64,000 bases of DNA from Clostridium sp. CAG:343 (GTDB lineage: Bacteria > Bacillota > Clostridia > TANB77 > CAG-508), in contig FR888067.1 of NCBI GenBank assembly GCA_000431335.1, positions 98,849 to 162,848 of the forward strand. Direction: 5' to 3'. This document shows positions 39,837-50,593 of the stretch, one piece after another. The translations under genes were made by a program, and so were the position numbers. The notes under the pieces are model-generated. The model ran no database searches. It was not told where the DNA came from and worked only from the letters and a program-made list of their open reading frames with translations. Every line of letters starts with the position of its first letter. Position 1 is the first letter of the stretch.

Positions 39837-40388
39837 ATGAGAATAATAGGTGGAAAAGCTAGAGGAACAAAATTATATACATTAGAAGGAGAAAACACAA
39901 GACCAACATTAGATAGAGTAAAAGAATCGTTATTTAATATAATTCAAACAGAAATACCTAATAGCATATTCTTAGACTTATTTTCTGGAAGTGGAGCCAT
40001 AGGTTTAGAAGCTGTCAGTAGAGGTGCTAAAAAGGCTATTTTGTGTGATAAATCAAAAGATGCTATAAAAATAATTGAGAAGAACATAAAAAAAACTCAC
40101 TTAGAAGAGAAAATAGAATATTATCAATTACCATTTGAAATATTATTAAACAACCAAATAAAAGATTTAATTGACATTGTATATATTGATCCGCCATATA
40201 AAACAGATTATGCTTATGAATCATTAAAAATACTAATAGATAATAAAATGCTAAAAAAAGATTCATATATAATTATAGAAACAGATGATGAAAAGAGAAT
40301 TATAGAACAAATTAAAAGTTTAAAAGTGAACATAGTTGACCAAAGAAAATATGGTCGAGCATATCTTATATTTTTGAGAGAACAGTAA
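39837..40388 (+). CDS. rsmD: 16S rRNA (guanine966-N2)-methyltransferase RsmD
   Basis: Contains RPTLDRVKESLFN, DLFSGSGAIGLEA and DPPY. Confidence 0.85.
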   Translation: MRIIGGKARGTKLYTLEGENTRPTLDRVKESLFNIIQTEIPNSIFLDLFSGSGAIGLEAVSRGAKKAILCDKSKDAIKIIEKNIKKTHLEEKIEYYQLPFEILLNNQIKDLIDIVYIDPPYKTDYAYESLKILIDNKMLKKDSYIIIETDDEKRIIEQIKSLKVNIVDQRKYGRAYLIFLREQ

Positions 40389-40412
40389 GATAAATTAGAA
40401 AGGGGTAAAACC

Positions 40413-40916
40413 ATGGAAATATTTACATTATTAGAAACATTAGAGGATTTATTAGAAAATAGCAGAAGTCTGCCATTTTCTTCAAAGGGATTAGTCGATA
40501 AAGAAGAAATGTTAGATTTAATAAAAGAAATAAGAATAAAACTTCCTGATGAATTAAAACAAGCTAAATGGGTAAAAGAGGAGAGACAAAGAATATTGGT
40601 TGAAGCCCAAAAAGAAGCAGATGGAATTGTAAAAGAAGCAGAAAATAGAATTATAGCTATGATAGATGAACATGAAATTACAAGAAAAGCATATGACCAA
40701 AAAACAGAAATTATTGAAACAGCAAATGAAATGTCAAGAGAAATATCTAAAGGAACAAAAGAATATGCAGATAGCTTATTAGCTAATACAGAAGATGTTT
40801 TAAATGAAACATTAAACAAATTAGGAACTAACATGACAGAAGCATTAAATTTAATGCAAATATCATTAGAAGATACAATTAAAACAATTCAAAATAGTAG
40901 AAAAGAATTGAAATAG
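40413..40916 (+). CDS. hypothetical coiled-coil protein
   Basis: 167-aa ORF with an RBS. Helical and charged. No catalytic motif. Confidence 0.45.
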   Translation: MEIFTLLETLEDLLENSRSLPFSSKGLVDKEEMLDLIKEIRIKLPDELKQAKWVKEERQRILVEAQKEADGIVKEAENRIIAMIDEHEITRKAYDQKTEIIETANEMSREISKGTKEYADSLLANTEDVLNETLNKLGTNMTEALNLMQISLEDTIKTIQNSRKELK

Positions 40917-41044
40917 AAAAAACAAAAGTCAGATGCCAGAAGTCAAAAAACTAAGACTTTTGAATCTGGCTTTTATTAATAAAATAAAGAAGAAAAGAAA
41001 ACAACGATTCAAACAAATAGTTATACTTTGGAAGGATGATAAAA

Positions 41045-43477
41045 ATGGCCAAAAAAAAGAGAAGATATAAAAAGAAAAAGAAAGCAACTTCAAACTTAGA
41101 CATAGCAGTAATAACACTAATTGTACTTAGTGTACTTTTAGCTGTTTTAATTTATACTAAATCAGGAGTAATAGGTGCCAAATTAAATGAAATATTCGGA
41201 GGAGTATTGGGAATTATGCAATATGTACTTCCGATAGGAACTTTTGCTGTTGCTATAAAACTAGCCTCAGAGGGAAGAGAAGGAATAGCACCAAAATTAA
41301 TACAATATGGAATTGCTATTATTAGCCTTTCAATTGTGTTTAGTGTATTTCAAATTTCATCAGGAGAATTACAATCTTCAAAAGAACTATCAGAATTAGT
41401 AAAAGATGCTTATTATTTTGGTTCTCAGGGCAAAGGAGGAGGAGCTGTAGGAGCTGTTGCTGCTGTACCACTCGCTAAACTTTTAGGAGATGTAGGAGCA
41501 GTTATATTTTGTATAGGAACAGCAGTTATATTATTAGTATTTACATTTGGAATCAATTTATCAGATATAATTAATCTAATGCTTGATAGAATAGAAGAGA
41601 AAAAAGAAGAAAGATTTGAAAGAAGAGAGCAACTAGCAAAAGAAAGCAAAAAAGAAGAACAAGAAGAGACTCCGGGACAACGAAGAAAGAGACTAAGAGA
41701 AGAAAGAAAAATAAAATCACAACTTGAAAAAATAGACGAAAAAGCACCTATGGACAATCAAATAAAAATAAATTTCGGAGGAAGAATTGTTGATGGAACA
41801 GATGAAAAAAAGGGATTAAAGAAGTATGATCATACTGGTGAAAATTTAGAACCTTTGACAAAACAAAGTAAGAAACAAAAACAAATTAGTCAACAATTAG
41901 AACCAGATGTTATAGATGCAAATCTTTTTAAAGATGTAGAAGAACAAAAAGAAGAAAAGAAAAAAGCAGTATTACAATTAGAACATGCTCAAATAGTAGA
42001 AGATGAACATTATGAATATCCACCAGTAGAACTTCTAAGTAAACCAAGTAAAAAAACTTTAAAAGGAGGAGCTAAAGCGTTAACAGATACTGCAACAAGA
42101 CTACAAAAAACATTATATAGTTTTGGAGTATCAGCAAAGGTTGAAAATGTATCAGTAGGACCAGCGATTACAAGATATGAATTAAAACCAGCAGAAGGAG
42201 TAAGAGTTAGCAAAATAGCTAATTTAGCAGATGACATAGCGTTAAATTTAGCAGCAGAAACAATAAGAATTGAAGCACCAATCCCAGGAAAACAAGCAGT
42301 GGGAATAGAGGTACCAAATAAGGAAAAAGAAGTAGTACATTTTAGAGAAATATTAGATAGTGATGAATTTAAAGGAAATAAATCAAAATTAACAGTAGGA
42401 CTAGGAAAAGATGTAGCAGGAAATGTACAATTAGCAGATATTGCTAAAATGCCACATGTATTAATTGCAGGTTCTACAGGTTCAGGAAAGAGTGTATGTA
42501 TAAACACAATAATAACAAGCATAATTTATAACGCTAAACCAAGTGAAGTGAAATTTGTTATGGTTGATCCAAAAGTAGTTGAATTGTCAGTATATAATGG
42601 AATACCACATTTATTAATACCAGTTGTAACAGATCCTAGAAAAGCAGCAGGAGCATTAGCATGGGCAGTACAAGAAATGGATGACAGATACAATAAATTT
42701 GCAAGCAAAGGTGTTAGAGATTTAAAAGGATATAATAAAGCAATCGAAAAAGAAAATGAAGCTGGAAAATTACCACAGATAGTAATAATAATTGATGAGC
42801 TTGCAGATTTAATGATGGTAGCAAAGAATGATGTAGAAGATGCAATTTGCCGTTTAGCACAAAAAGCAAGAGCAGCGGGAATGCATTTGGTAATTGCAAC
42901 GCAAAGACCATCTGTTGATGTAATAACAGGATTAATTAAAGCAAATGTACCATCAAGAATAGCATTTGCAGTATCTTCACAAGTAGACTCAAGAACAATA
43001 TTAGATAGTGTGGGAGCAGAAAAATTGCTTGGAAAAGGAGACATGTTATTTTTCCCTGCAGGAGCACCAAAGCCATCAAGAGTTCAAGGTGCTTTTGTAT
43101 CAGATGATGAGGTGGAAAAAATAGTAGACTTTATCAAATCAAATGGTACAGCAACATACAGTGAAGATATCTTAGAAAGTATTGAAAATGGAAATAAAAC
43201 AGATAAAGAAATAGCACAAGAACAAGCAGAAGATGACGACACAGATCCATTTTTAATGGATGCAATTCAAACTGTAGTTGAAACAGGACAAGCATCAACA
43301 TCTTTTATACAAAGAAGATTTAAAGTTGGTTATGCAAGAGCAGGAAGAATTATAGACCAAATGGAAGAAAGAGGGGTTATTTCTGGATACCAAGGAAGTA
43401 AACCAAGAGAAGTTCTTATGACAAAAGAAAGATGGGAAGAACTAAAAATGGGAACATCAGAAGAAAATAGAAATTAA
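41045..43477 (+). CDS. ftsK: DNA translocase FtsK/SpoIIIE
   Basis: N-terminal TM helices, Walker A GSTGSGKS, motif IIIDELADLM, and the gamma domain ..ASTSFIQRRFKVGYARAGRIID... An alternative start is at 41036. Confidence 0.9.
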   Translation: MAKKKRRYKKKKKATSNLDIAVITLIVLSVLLAVLIYTKSGVIGAKLNEIFGGVLGIMQYVLPIGTFAVAIKLASEGREGIAPKLIQYGIAIISLSIVFSVFQISSGELQSSKELSELVKDAYYFGSQGKGGGAVGAVAAVPLAKLLGDVGAVIFCIGTAVILLVFTFGINLSDIINLMLDRIEEKKEERFERREQLAKESKKEEQEETPGQRRKRLREERKIKSQLEKIDEKAPMDNQIKINFGGRIVDGTDEKKGLKKYDHTGENLEPLTKQSKKQKQISQQLEPDVIDANLFKDVEEQKEEKKKAVLQLEHAQIVEDEHYEYPPVELLSKPSKKTLKGGAKALTDTATRLQKTLYSFGVSAKVENVSVGPAITRYELKPAEGVRVSKIANLADDIALNLAAETIRIEAPIPGKQAVGIEVPNKEKEVVHFREILDSDEFKGNKSKLTVGLGKDVAGNVQLADIAKMPHVLIAGSTGSGKSVCINTIITSIIYNAKPSEVKFVMVDPKVVELSVYNGIPHLLIPVVTDPRKAAGALAWAVQEMDDRYNKFASKGVRDLKGYNKAIEKENEAGKLPQIVIIIDELADLMMVAKNDVEDAICRLAQKARAAGMHLVIATQRPSVDVITGLIKANVPSRIAFAVSSQVDSRTILDSVGAEKLLGKGDMLFFPAGAPKPSRVQGAFVSDDEVEKIVDFIKSNGTATYSEDILESIENGNKTDKEIAQEQAEDDDTDPFLMDAIQTVVETGQASTSFIQRRFKVGYARAGRIIDQMEERGVISGYQGSKPREVLMTKERWEELKMGTSEENRN

Positions 43478-43506
43478 TATAAAATAGGATAGAAAGGAGA
43501 AAAAAT

Positions 43507-45091
43507 TTGCAAAAGAAAAATGACAATTTTTTAGAAAAGATAGTAAAAAAAGATTATAACAATGAATTAGAAGCAATATTAGAAAAAAAATACTTTAATG
43601 AAGATGTAAAAAGTATTCTCCTTAATATATTATACAAAATAGAAACAGCATACAAAGATTACAAAAAAGTAAAACAAGATACAGAAACAAAAGATGAGTA
43701 TATTGAAAAAATTATAGACATAATAAAAAATGAATGTGAAGAAATAAAACTAGTAAAGCCATATTCAGAAGAAAGCAAAATAATAGGGAATAAGACATTT
43801 TTAGTAGAAAAAAATAAGAAAAGAATTATATGCTACAATGTAGAAAGAAAATTATTATATTGCATATCAAAAATAAGTAAGCAAGAAGAAATAGTAAAAA
43901 ATAATTATTTTCTGGTTAATAAAACATTATCAAATTTAATTAATACAGGAAATAACATTAATACGGTAGAACCATTAAGAGATTTTAATGGATATTCATG
44001 GACAACAATTCCAAGAGAAATAGAAAGTATAGAACATAACTTAATTTACCAAAATTTAATTATTTTAGTTGGAAATAAATTTTTAAACAATTGGATTTAT
44101 AACAAGGAATTTGTTATGGATTATATGGAACTATTTAGAGAAAAAATGGAAGAAATTTATTCGAAAAAAGTTGCAAAAGATATAATTGAAAATTTAGAAA
44201 AAATATCTATTTTGCTAGAAGTAAAATTTGATGCAAAAAGTAAGAAAGAATTTTTAACGATAAAAAGTGAAATAGAGAAAAAAATAGGTGAATTAGAAGA
44301 CAATAAAAAATTTGTAGAGAGCATAACATTAAAAAAGAAAAGGTTAACAAATGAAATAAAGAAAATAGACGAAACAATAAATGATAAAAATATGATACAA
44401 GAAGAATATAATAATAGAAATGAAAAATTGCCATTAAAAGAGAAAATCTTTAGTATAAGAATTTTATCGAAAATAATGACAGAAGAAAGAGAAGAGAAGA
44501 TAGAAGAATTAGAAAAACTAAATGAATTATTAAATCCTCAAAAATTTGTTAAGCATAAACAAGAATTAGAAAAAAAAGAAAAGGTTTTAAAAATATTAGA
44601 AAGCAAAAATATTCAAAGTGATATTGAAAAACTAAAATTAAAATTACAAAAAATATTTTTACAATGTGTAGAAAATAAAATAGAAAAAGCACGGAAGTAA
44701 GCAAGAAATTATAAAGATAATATATCAATTCAGGTATTATTCGATGTTACCATATAATCATGAAAAAACGATATATGAAACAGAAGAATTATCAGAACAA
44801 TTAAAAAGAACAACAAAAAAATTATTATTAAAAGCACATAAATTAAAAGCAATTGAAAAATTTTCGAAAAATGAAGATATAAATTATGAATTATTAAAAA
44901 ATCTATTCAGAGTAAGAAGTATTAATTTAGAAGAAATTTCTGTTAAAGTTTTGAAAGAAAAAGATAAATTTTTTGTACAAATATTTGACGAAAATAGTTT
45001 AGAGGAAAAATATGAATTAAAAAATAGTCAAAATATTAGTAAAAGAGATTTAGAAGTTAGATTAAATAAAAAGGTGAAAATTTTTTGCTAA
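43507..45091 (+). CDS. hypothetical coiled-coil protein; the two track ORFs fuse by a +1 shift at CGG 44692-44694
   Basis: The 0 frame ends ..EKA-R-K*. Skipping C44692 gives ..EKA-GSKQEIIKIIYQFRYYSMLPYNHEK.., which runs without a stop into ORF 44744-45091. Confidence 0.5.
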
Positions 45092-45156
45092 TAATAAATA
45101 AAAACAAATTAAAATATATATGTAATTTATTAAAATGGAAAGGATGAAAGTAAAGT

Positions 45157-46800
45157 ATGAAAATAACTTTTTTAGGAGCAACAAAAACTGTTACAGGTTC
45201 AAACTTTTTAGTTGAAGCGGCAGGAAAGAGATTTTTAGTGGATTGTGGAATGTGGCAAGGAAATGCAGAATTAGAAATGCAGAATGCAGAAGAATTTGAA
45301 TTTGATCCAAATCAAATTGATTTTATGCTATTAACACATGCACATATTGACCACTCAGGAAGAATTCCAAAATTATATAATGAAGGATTTAGAAATAAAA
45401 TATATGCACATAAAGCAACATGTGATTTATGTACTTTAATGTTACCAGACAGCGGACATATTCAAGAAATGGAAATTGAATGGAAAAATAAAAAAAGAAA
45501 AAGAAAAGGAGAAAAAGAAGTACCACCACTATATACAGCAGAAGAAGCAGCAAGATGTTTAGAAATATTTGAACCAATACAATATGATGAAATTATTGAA
45601 ATAACACCAGAAATTCATGTTAGATTTAATGATGCTGGACATATGTTAGGGTCTAGTATAATAGAATTATGGGTAAAAGAAGATGGAAAAGAAACAAAAA
45701 CAGTATTTACAGGGGACTTAGGAAATAATGATATTCCACTATTAGATTCTCCAACAATGATTGAAGATACAGATTATTTAGTAATGGAATCAACATATGG
45801 AAGTAGATTACACTTAAGAAATGATGAAAAAGCAGAAATGTTTTTAAATATAGTTTCAGAAACATTGGACAATGGAGGAACAGTTGTAATACCATCTTTT
45901 GCAGTAGGAAGAACACAAGAAATTTTATATGAACTTAATAAATTAAAAGATATTATAAAAGACGAAGAATTTAAAAGAAAATATAGAACTTTAATGAGGT
46001 CAGATGTATATGTAGATAGTCCTTTAGCAATATCTGCAACAGAAGTATTTAAAGAAAATATGAATTTATTTGAACCAGAAGTAAAAGCAGAAATCATGAA
46101 GGGTGATAATCCATTAGAATTTCCAGGGTTAAAATTCACAAGAACAGCAGATGAATCTAAAGCATTAAACGAAGATTTACACCCAAGTATTATAATATCT
46201 GCAAGCGGAATGTGTGAAGTAGGAAGAATAAAACATCATCTAAAACACAATTTATGGAATCCAAAATCAACAATTCTTTTTGTTGGATATCAAGCACCAG
46301 GTACATTAGGATATAACATTGTTAATGGAGCAAAAAAAGTAAAAATATTTGGAGAAGAAATTGCTGTAAATGCTAGAGTGGAATATATTGAAGGGTATTC
46401 AGGACATGCAGATCAAGAAGGATTAATGAATTTCATTTATTCATTTATTAGCAAACCAAAACATATCTTTTTGGTACATGGAGAAGCAGAATCACAAGAA
46501 ATATTTAAGGAAAAAGTTGAAAGTGAAACAGGAATACCAGTTACAATTCCAGAATTTGGTGAGACATATGATGTTAAAGAACAAATTGAAATGACACATA
46601 AAATAGAAAGAAAAGTTTCAAAAACAATAAAATCTGAAATTATAGAGAGACTAGAAAAATTGAAATCAGAAATGAATGATATGGATCAATATGTAAGACA
46701 GGATGTTAATAATGAAAATTTAAGAGATGAAGACATTTTTAGAATTAATGAGAAAATTAAAGATTTAGAAAAACAAATTTTAAATGTTATTGAAGGGTAA
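45157..46800 (+). CDS. MBL-fold / beta-CASP RNA-metabolising hydrolase
   Basis: Contains HAHIDHSG, the beta-CASP region, and the C-terminal ..GYSGHADQEGL..HGE.. Confidence 0.75.
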   Translation: MKITFLGATKTVTGSNFLVEAAGKRFLVDCGMWQGNAELEMQNAEEFEFDPNQIDFMLLTHAHIDHSGRIPKLYNEGFRNKIYAHKATCDLCTLMLPDSGHIQEMEIEWKNKKRKRKGEKEVPPLYTAEEAARCLEIFEPIQYDEIIEITPEIHVRFNDAGHMLGSSIIELWVKEDGKETKTVFTGDLGNNDIPLLDSPTMIEDTDYLVMESTYGSRLHLRNDEKAEMFLNIVSETLDNGGTVVIPSFAVGRTQEILYELNKLKDIIKDEEFKRKYRTLMRSDVYVDSPLAISATEVFKENMNLFEPEVKAEIMKGDNPLEFPGLKFTRTADESKALNEDLHPSIIISASGMCEVGRIKHHLKHNLWNPKSTILFVGYQAPGTLGYNIVNGAKKVKIFGEEIAVNARVEYIEGYSGHADQEGLMNFIYSFISKPKHIFLVHGEAESQEIFKEKVESETGIPVTIPEFGETYDVKEQIEMTHKIERKVSKTIKSEIIERLEKLKSEMNDMDQYVRQDVNNENLRDEDIFRINEKIKDLEKQILNVIEG

Positions 46801-48788
46801 TGGTAAAAGAAAAAATGGAAAACAAATATTTAAATGAAGCAATAATAGGAAATAAAAACATGATAGCAACTTTTACAAGTAAAGGAGAGTTGCAAAGACT
46901 ATATTTTCCAAGTAAAGATAATAAACAATATATAAACTTTTTTCATACAGGAGTGAAAATTAATAACTCAGATTTAATATATTTACAAAATGATATAAAT
47001 AATGTATATAAGCAATATTATGATACAGACACAAATGTATTAAATACAGAAATAACGAACACGTATTTTAACTTAAAAATAGTACAAACAGATTTTATAA
47101 TGATAAAAGAAAATGTATTAGTAAAGAAATATATTTTTTTAAATGATGGAAAAATAGACTTAGACACAAAATTTTATATACATTCTGAATTATTATCAGA
47201 TCAAAATAATCAAGTAGGATGCAAAATAGTTGATGGAGGAATGATGCAATATGCACATGATTTTTCAGTATCAACATTTGCAAAAGAACATAAGCTTTGC
47301 TCACATCAAATCAATGGTAGCAAAGAAACAATAAAAAGAGGAGAAATACAAGACAAAGATTATATTGGAATGTCAAAAGATTCTAGTATTAGTTATGATT
47401 TAGGAATTATAAAACCACAAGAAAAGAAAATTTTAGAAATTTGTATATTAATTGATGAAAATAGAAATTTATCAGATATGGAAGATGAAATTGATAGAGT
47501 AACAAAAATAGATTTAGATAAAGAATATACAAGTACAAAATCATATTGGAGAAAATATGTTAAAGCACATAATTCATTAGGATTAAAAGAAGCTAAAAAC
47601 AGTTATGAAGAAAGAATTTTGGAGATTTACAAAAGAAGTATATTATTATTTCCACTTTTAGCTAATCAGGAAACAGGTGGAATAATTGCATCTCCTGAAA
47701 TTGATGAAAATTTCACAAAATGTGGAAGATATGCATATTGCTGGCCAAGAGATGCTGTGTTTATAACAAAAGCGATGGACATTTTAAATATGGAAAAAGA
47801 AACAGAAAAATTCTATAAAGTATTTTGCAAAAAAACACAAAGCAAAAATGGAATGTGGGAACAAAGATTTTACACAGATGGAAAATTAGCTCCTTGTTGG
47901 GGATATCAAATAGATGAAACGGCTAGTGTAGTATATGGAGTTTATGAACATTATAAATACACAAAATCTGAGAAATTTTTAAAAGATAATCTAAAAATGT
48001 GTGAAAAGGCAATAGATTTTTTAAAGAAATATTTAAAAGACTGGTTAAACATCGAAGGAACAGAAGAAAGAGATAAAGATAAAGTGCAGGAAGAGATAGA
48101 AAATAGTGTAAATAGACAAGGACACAAATATCATATTAGCTATGATTTATGGGAAATGAATGAAGGAATTCATTTATATTCATTAGCAAGTATCTATTCA
48201 GCATTTGATAGTATATTAAATATATATAAAGCACTTGGAAAAAATGTATCTGAGTTTGAAAATAATAGATTAAAAGAAGAAAAAATACAAAAGAATAAAA
48301 GAACAATTGAAAATTTACAAACACAATTAAAAAAATATATTAATGAAAATTTATATGATGAAGAAAAGAAGTCTTATGTAAGAAATACAGAAGATAGAAA
48401 AATGGATATAAGTATATTAGGAGCTATTACTCCATTTAATATGTTTAAACCAAAAGAAAAGAAAATTAGAAATACAGTAGAAAGAATAAATATGTCATTA
48501 AGAACATATACAGGTGGATATCAAAGATTTGAACAAGATAATTATATGAATGGAAATCCATGGCCAATTGCAAATCTTTGGATGACATTATATTATTTAG
48601 AAACAGGAGAAAAGAAAAAAGCAAAAGAAACATTTGATTTTGTAGTTAAAACGGCGGGAAAGCATTATTTGCTAGGAGAGCAAGTTGATAATTCAACTTT
48701 AAAACCTAATTGGGTTATTGGATTAGGTTGGTCACATGCAATGTTTATTATAGTATTAGAAAAATTATATAAAAATAATTTGAAATAA
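46800..48788 (+). CDS. glycoside hydrolase family 15 (glucoamylase-like)
   Basis: 662 aa. Contains ..YAYCWPRDAVF.., ..SYDLWEMNEG.. and a C-terminal (alpha/alpha)6-type region. Confidence 0.65.
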   Translation: MVKEKMENKYLNEAIIGNKNMIATFTSKGELQRLYFPSKDNKQYINFFHTGVKINNSDLIYLQNDINNVYKQYYDTDTNVLNTEITNTYFNLKIVQTDFIMIKENVLVKKYIFLNDGKIDLDTKFYIHSELLSDQNNQVGCKIVDGGMMQYAHDFSVSTFAKEHKLCSHQINGSKETIKRGEIQDKDYIGMSKDSSISYDLGIIKPQEKKILEICILIDENRNLSDMEDEIDRVTKIDLDKEYTSTKSYWRKYVKAHNSLGLKEAKNSYEERILEIYKRSILLFPLLANQETGGIIASPEIDENFTKCGRYAYCWPRDAVFITKAMDILNMEKETEKFYKVFCKKTQSKNGMWEQRFYTDGKLAPCWGYQIDETASVVYGVYEHYKYTKSEKFLKDNLKMCEKAIDFLKKYLKDWLNIEGTEERDKDKVQEEIENSVNRQGHKYHISYDLWEMNEGIHLYSLASIYSAFDSILNIYKALGKNVSEFENNRLKEEKIQKNKRTIENLQTQLKKYINENLYDEEKKSYVRNTEDRKMDISILGAITPFNMFKPKEKKIRNTVERINMSLRTYTGGYQRFEQDNYMNGNPWPIANLWMTLYYLETGEKKKAKETFDFVVKTAGKHYLLGEQVDNSTLKPNWVIGLGWSHAMFIIVLEKLYKNNLK

Positions 48789-48897
48789 CACTTGAAAAGT
48801 ACTTTTTTTTGGTATAGAATTGAATTGCCATAGAAATATTGGCAATAATATAAAAAAGCAAATTAGAGAGTGCTTTAAATCAAAAGGAGGAAAAAAT

Positions 48898-49914
48898 ATG
48901 TCAGTAAAAGTAGCCATTAATGGTTTTGGACGTATAGGACGTCTAGCATTTAGACAAATGTTTGGAGCAGAAGGATATGAGGTTGTTGCAATAAACGATT
49001 TAACAAGTCCTAAAATGTTAGCTCATTTATTAAAATATGATTCAGCTCAAGGAAGATATGAAAAAGCTGATACAGTTGTTGCAGGAGAAGATTCTATAAC
49101 TGTAGATGGAAAAACTATAAAAATATATGCAGAAAAAGATGCAGCAAATTTACCATGGGGAGAAATAGGTGTAGATGTAGTATTAGAATGTACAGGATTC
49201 TATACATCTAAAGATAAAGCTCAAGCTCATATAGATGCAGGAGCAAAAAAAGTTGTTATATCAGCACCAGCTGGAAATGACTTACCAACAATTGTTTATG
49301 GAGTAAATGAAAAAGTATTAAGCCCAGAAGATAAAATTATATCAGCAGCATCTTGTACAACAAACTGCTTAGCTCCAATGGCAAAAGCATTAAATGATTA
49401 TGCTCCTATTCAATCAGGAATAATGACAACAGTTCATGCTTATACAGGAGATCAAATGCTTTTAGATGGACCACATAGAAAAGGAAACTTAAGAAGAGCA
49501 AGAGCAGCAGCTGTAAATATTGTACCAAATTCAACAGGTGCAGCAAAAGCAATAGGATTAGTAATACCAGAATTAAATGGAAAATTAATAGGTTCTGCAC
49601 AAAGAGTTCCAGTTCCAACAGGATCAACAACTATATTAGTAGCTGTTGTAAAAGGAAATGATATCACTGAAGAAGCTATAAACAAAGCAATGAAAGCACA
49701 ATCAAGTGAATCATTTGGATATACAGATGAAGAATTAGTTTCTTCAGACGTAATAGGAATGAGATATGGTTCTTTATTTGATAGCACACAAACAATGGTA
49801 ACAAAAATAGAAGAAGGATTATACCAAGTTCAAGTTGTTTCATGGTATGATAATGAAAATTCTTACACAAGCCAAATGGTAAGAACAATAAAATATTTTG
49901 CAGAATTAGGATAA
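48898..49914 (+). CDS. gap: type I glyceraldehyde-3-phosphate dehydrogenase
   Basis: Contains [18 protein letters not shown] and WYDNE. ATG 48898 follows the RBS aaaggagg, so the track start at 48820 is an upstream extension. Confidence 0.9.
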   Translation: MSVKVAINGFGRIGRLAFRQMFGAEGYEVVAINDLTSPKMLAHLLKYDSAQGRYEKADTVVAGEDSITVDGKTIKIYAEKDAANLPWGEIGVDVVLECTGFYTSKDKAQAHIDAGAKKVVISAPAGNDLPTIVYGVNEKVLSPEDKIISAASCTTNCLAPMAKALNDYAPIQSGIMTTVHAYTGDQMLLDGPHRKGNLRRARAAAVNIVPNSTGAAKAIGLVIPELNGKLIGSAQRVPVPTGSTTILVAVVKGNDITEEAINKAMKAQSSESFGYTDEELVSSDVIGMRYGSLFDSTQTMVTKIEEGLYQVQVVSWYDNENSYTSQMVRTIKYFAELG

Positions 49915-49950
49915 GATTTTTTGTTAATAAAAAAATATATAAATTAAAAA

Positions 49951-49976
49951 GAATACTTGTAAGAGTATTCTTTTTT
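49951..49976 (+). terminator. terminator after gap
   Basis: gaatact-tgtaag-agtattc followed by tttttt. Confidence 0.65.
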
Positions 49977-50013
49977 GTATATAATAAAGAAGTAAAAAAC
50001 AAAGGAGGAATTT

Positions 50014-50355
50014 ATGAAAAGTAAAGAAAGAGGTGTAACTTTAATTGCATTAGTAGTTACAATTGTGGTGTTATTAATATTGGCATCAATAGGAATAGGT
50101 GCAATTACTAGTGATAATGGAGTTATAAAACAAAGTAATGAAACTAAACAAAGAGCAGAAAGAGAAAGCATAATTGAAAAAATAGAAGCGGATTTATATA
50201 CTGAAAAAACAAAGACAGAAAAAACACCTTCAAAGAACGATTTAAAAGAACTTATAAAAGAAAAAGATTTTGGAACAGTTAATGAAGATGATAGTTTTAC
50301 TAGTAAAATTGGAAATTATAAAATAGAATTTGAAGAAATAGAAGGTTGGGAATAG
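50014..50355 (+). CDS. small pilin-like protein (same N-terminal module as the DGR target)
   Basis: MKSKERG-VTLIALVVTIVVLLILASIGIGAITSDNGVIKQSNETK.. matches the target's ..KG-ITLIALVITIIVLLILAAISIATLTGENGILTQANKAK... Confidence 0.65.
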   Translation: MKSKERGVTLIALVVTIVVLLILASIGIGAITSDNGVIKQSNETKQRAERESIIEKIEADLYTEKTKTEKTPSKNDLKELIKEKDFGTVNEDDSFTSKIGNYKIEFEEIEGWE

Positions 50356-50487
50356 TAAAAGATTTTATGCCAATATTAGACTAAAATAATACATATGTTT
50401 ATATAACAAATTAGAGAAAAAACATTACTATAATCAAAGAACAGGTGAATTTTTATATGGTGAATAATATTAAAATAAAATAAGAAA

Positions 50488-50512
50488 GAACACTTGAAAA
50501 GTGTTCTTTTTT
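50488..50512 (+). terminator. terminator after the pilin-like ORF
   Basis: gaacactt-gaa-aagtgttc followed by tttttt. Confidence 0.65.
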
Positions 50513-50593
50513 GATATAAAATAGAAATGTCTTAATAAAATAGTAAAAACAGGTAAATACTAGGAAAAGACAAATAAAAGGAGGAATTATAAA

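Noticed and set aside
48820-48897. Upstream extension of gap ([26 protein letters not shown])
   Set aside because: It reads through the promoter/palindrome region. The canonical GAPDH N-terminus starts at ATG 48898, which has a strong RBS.
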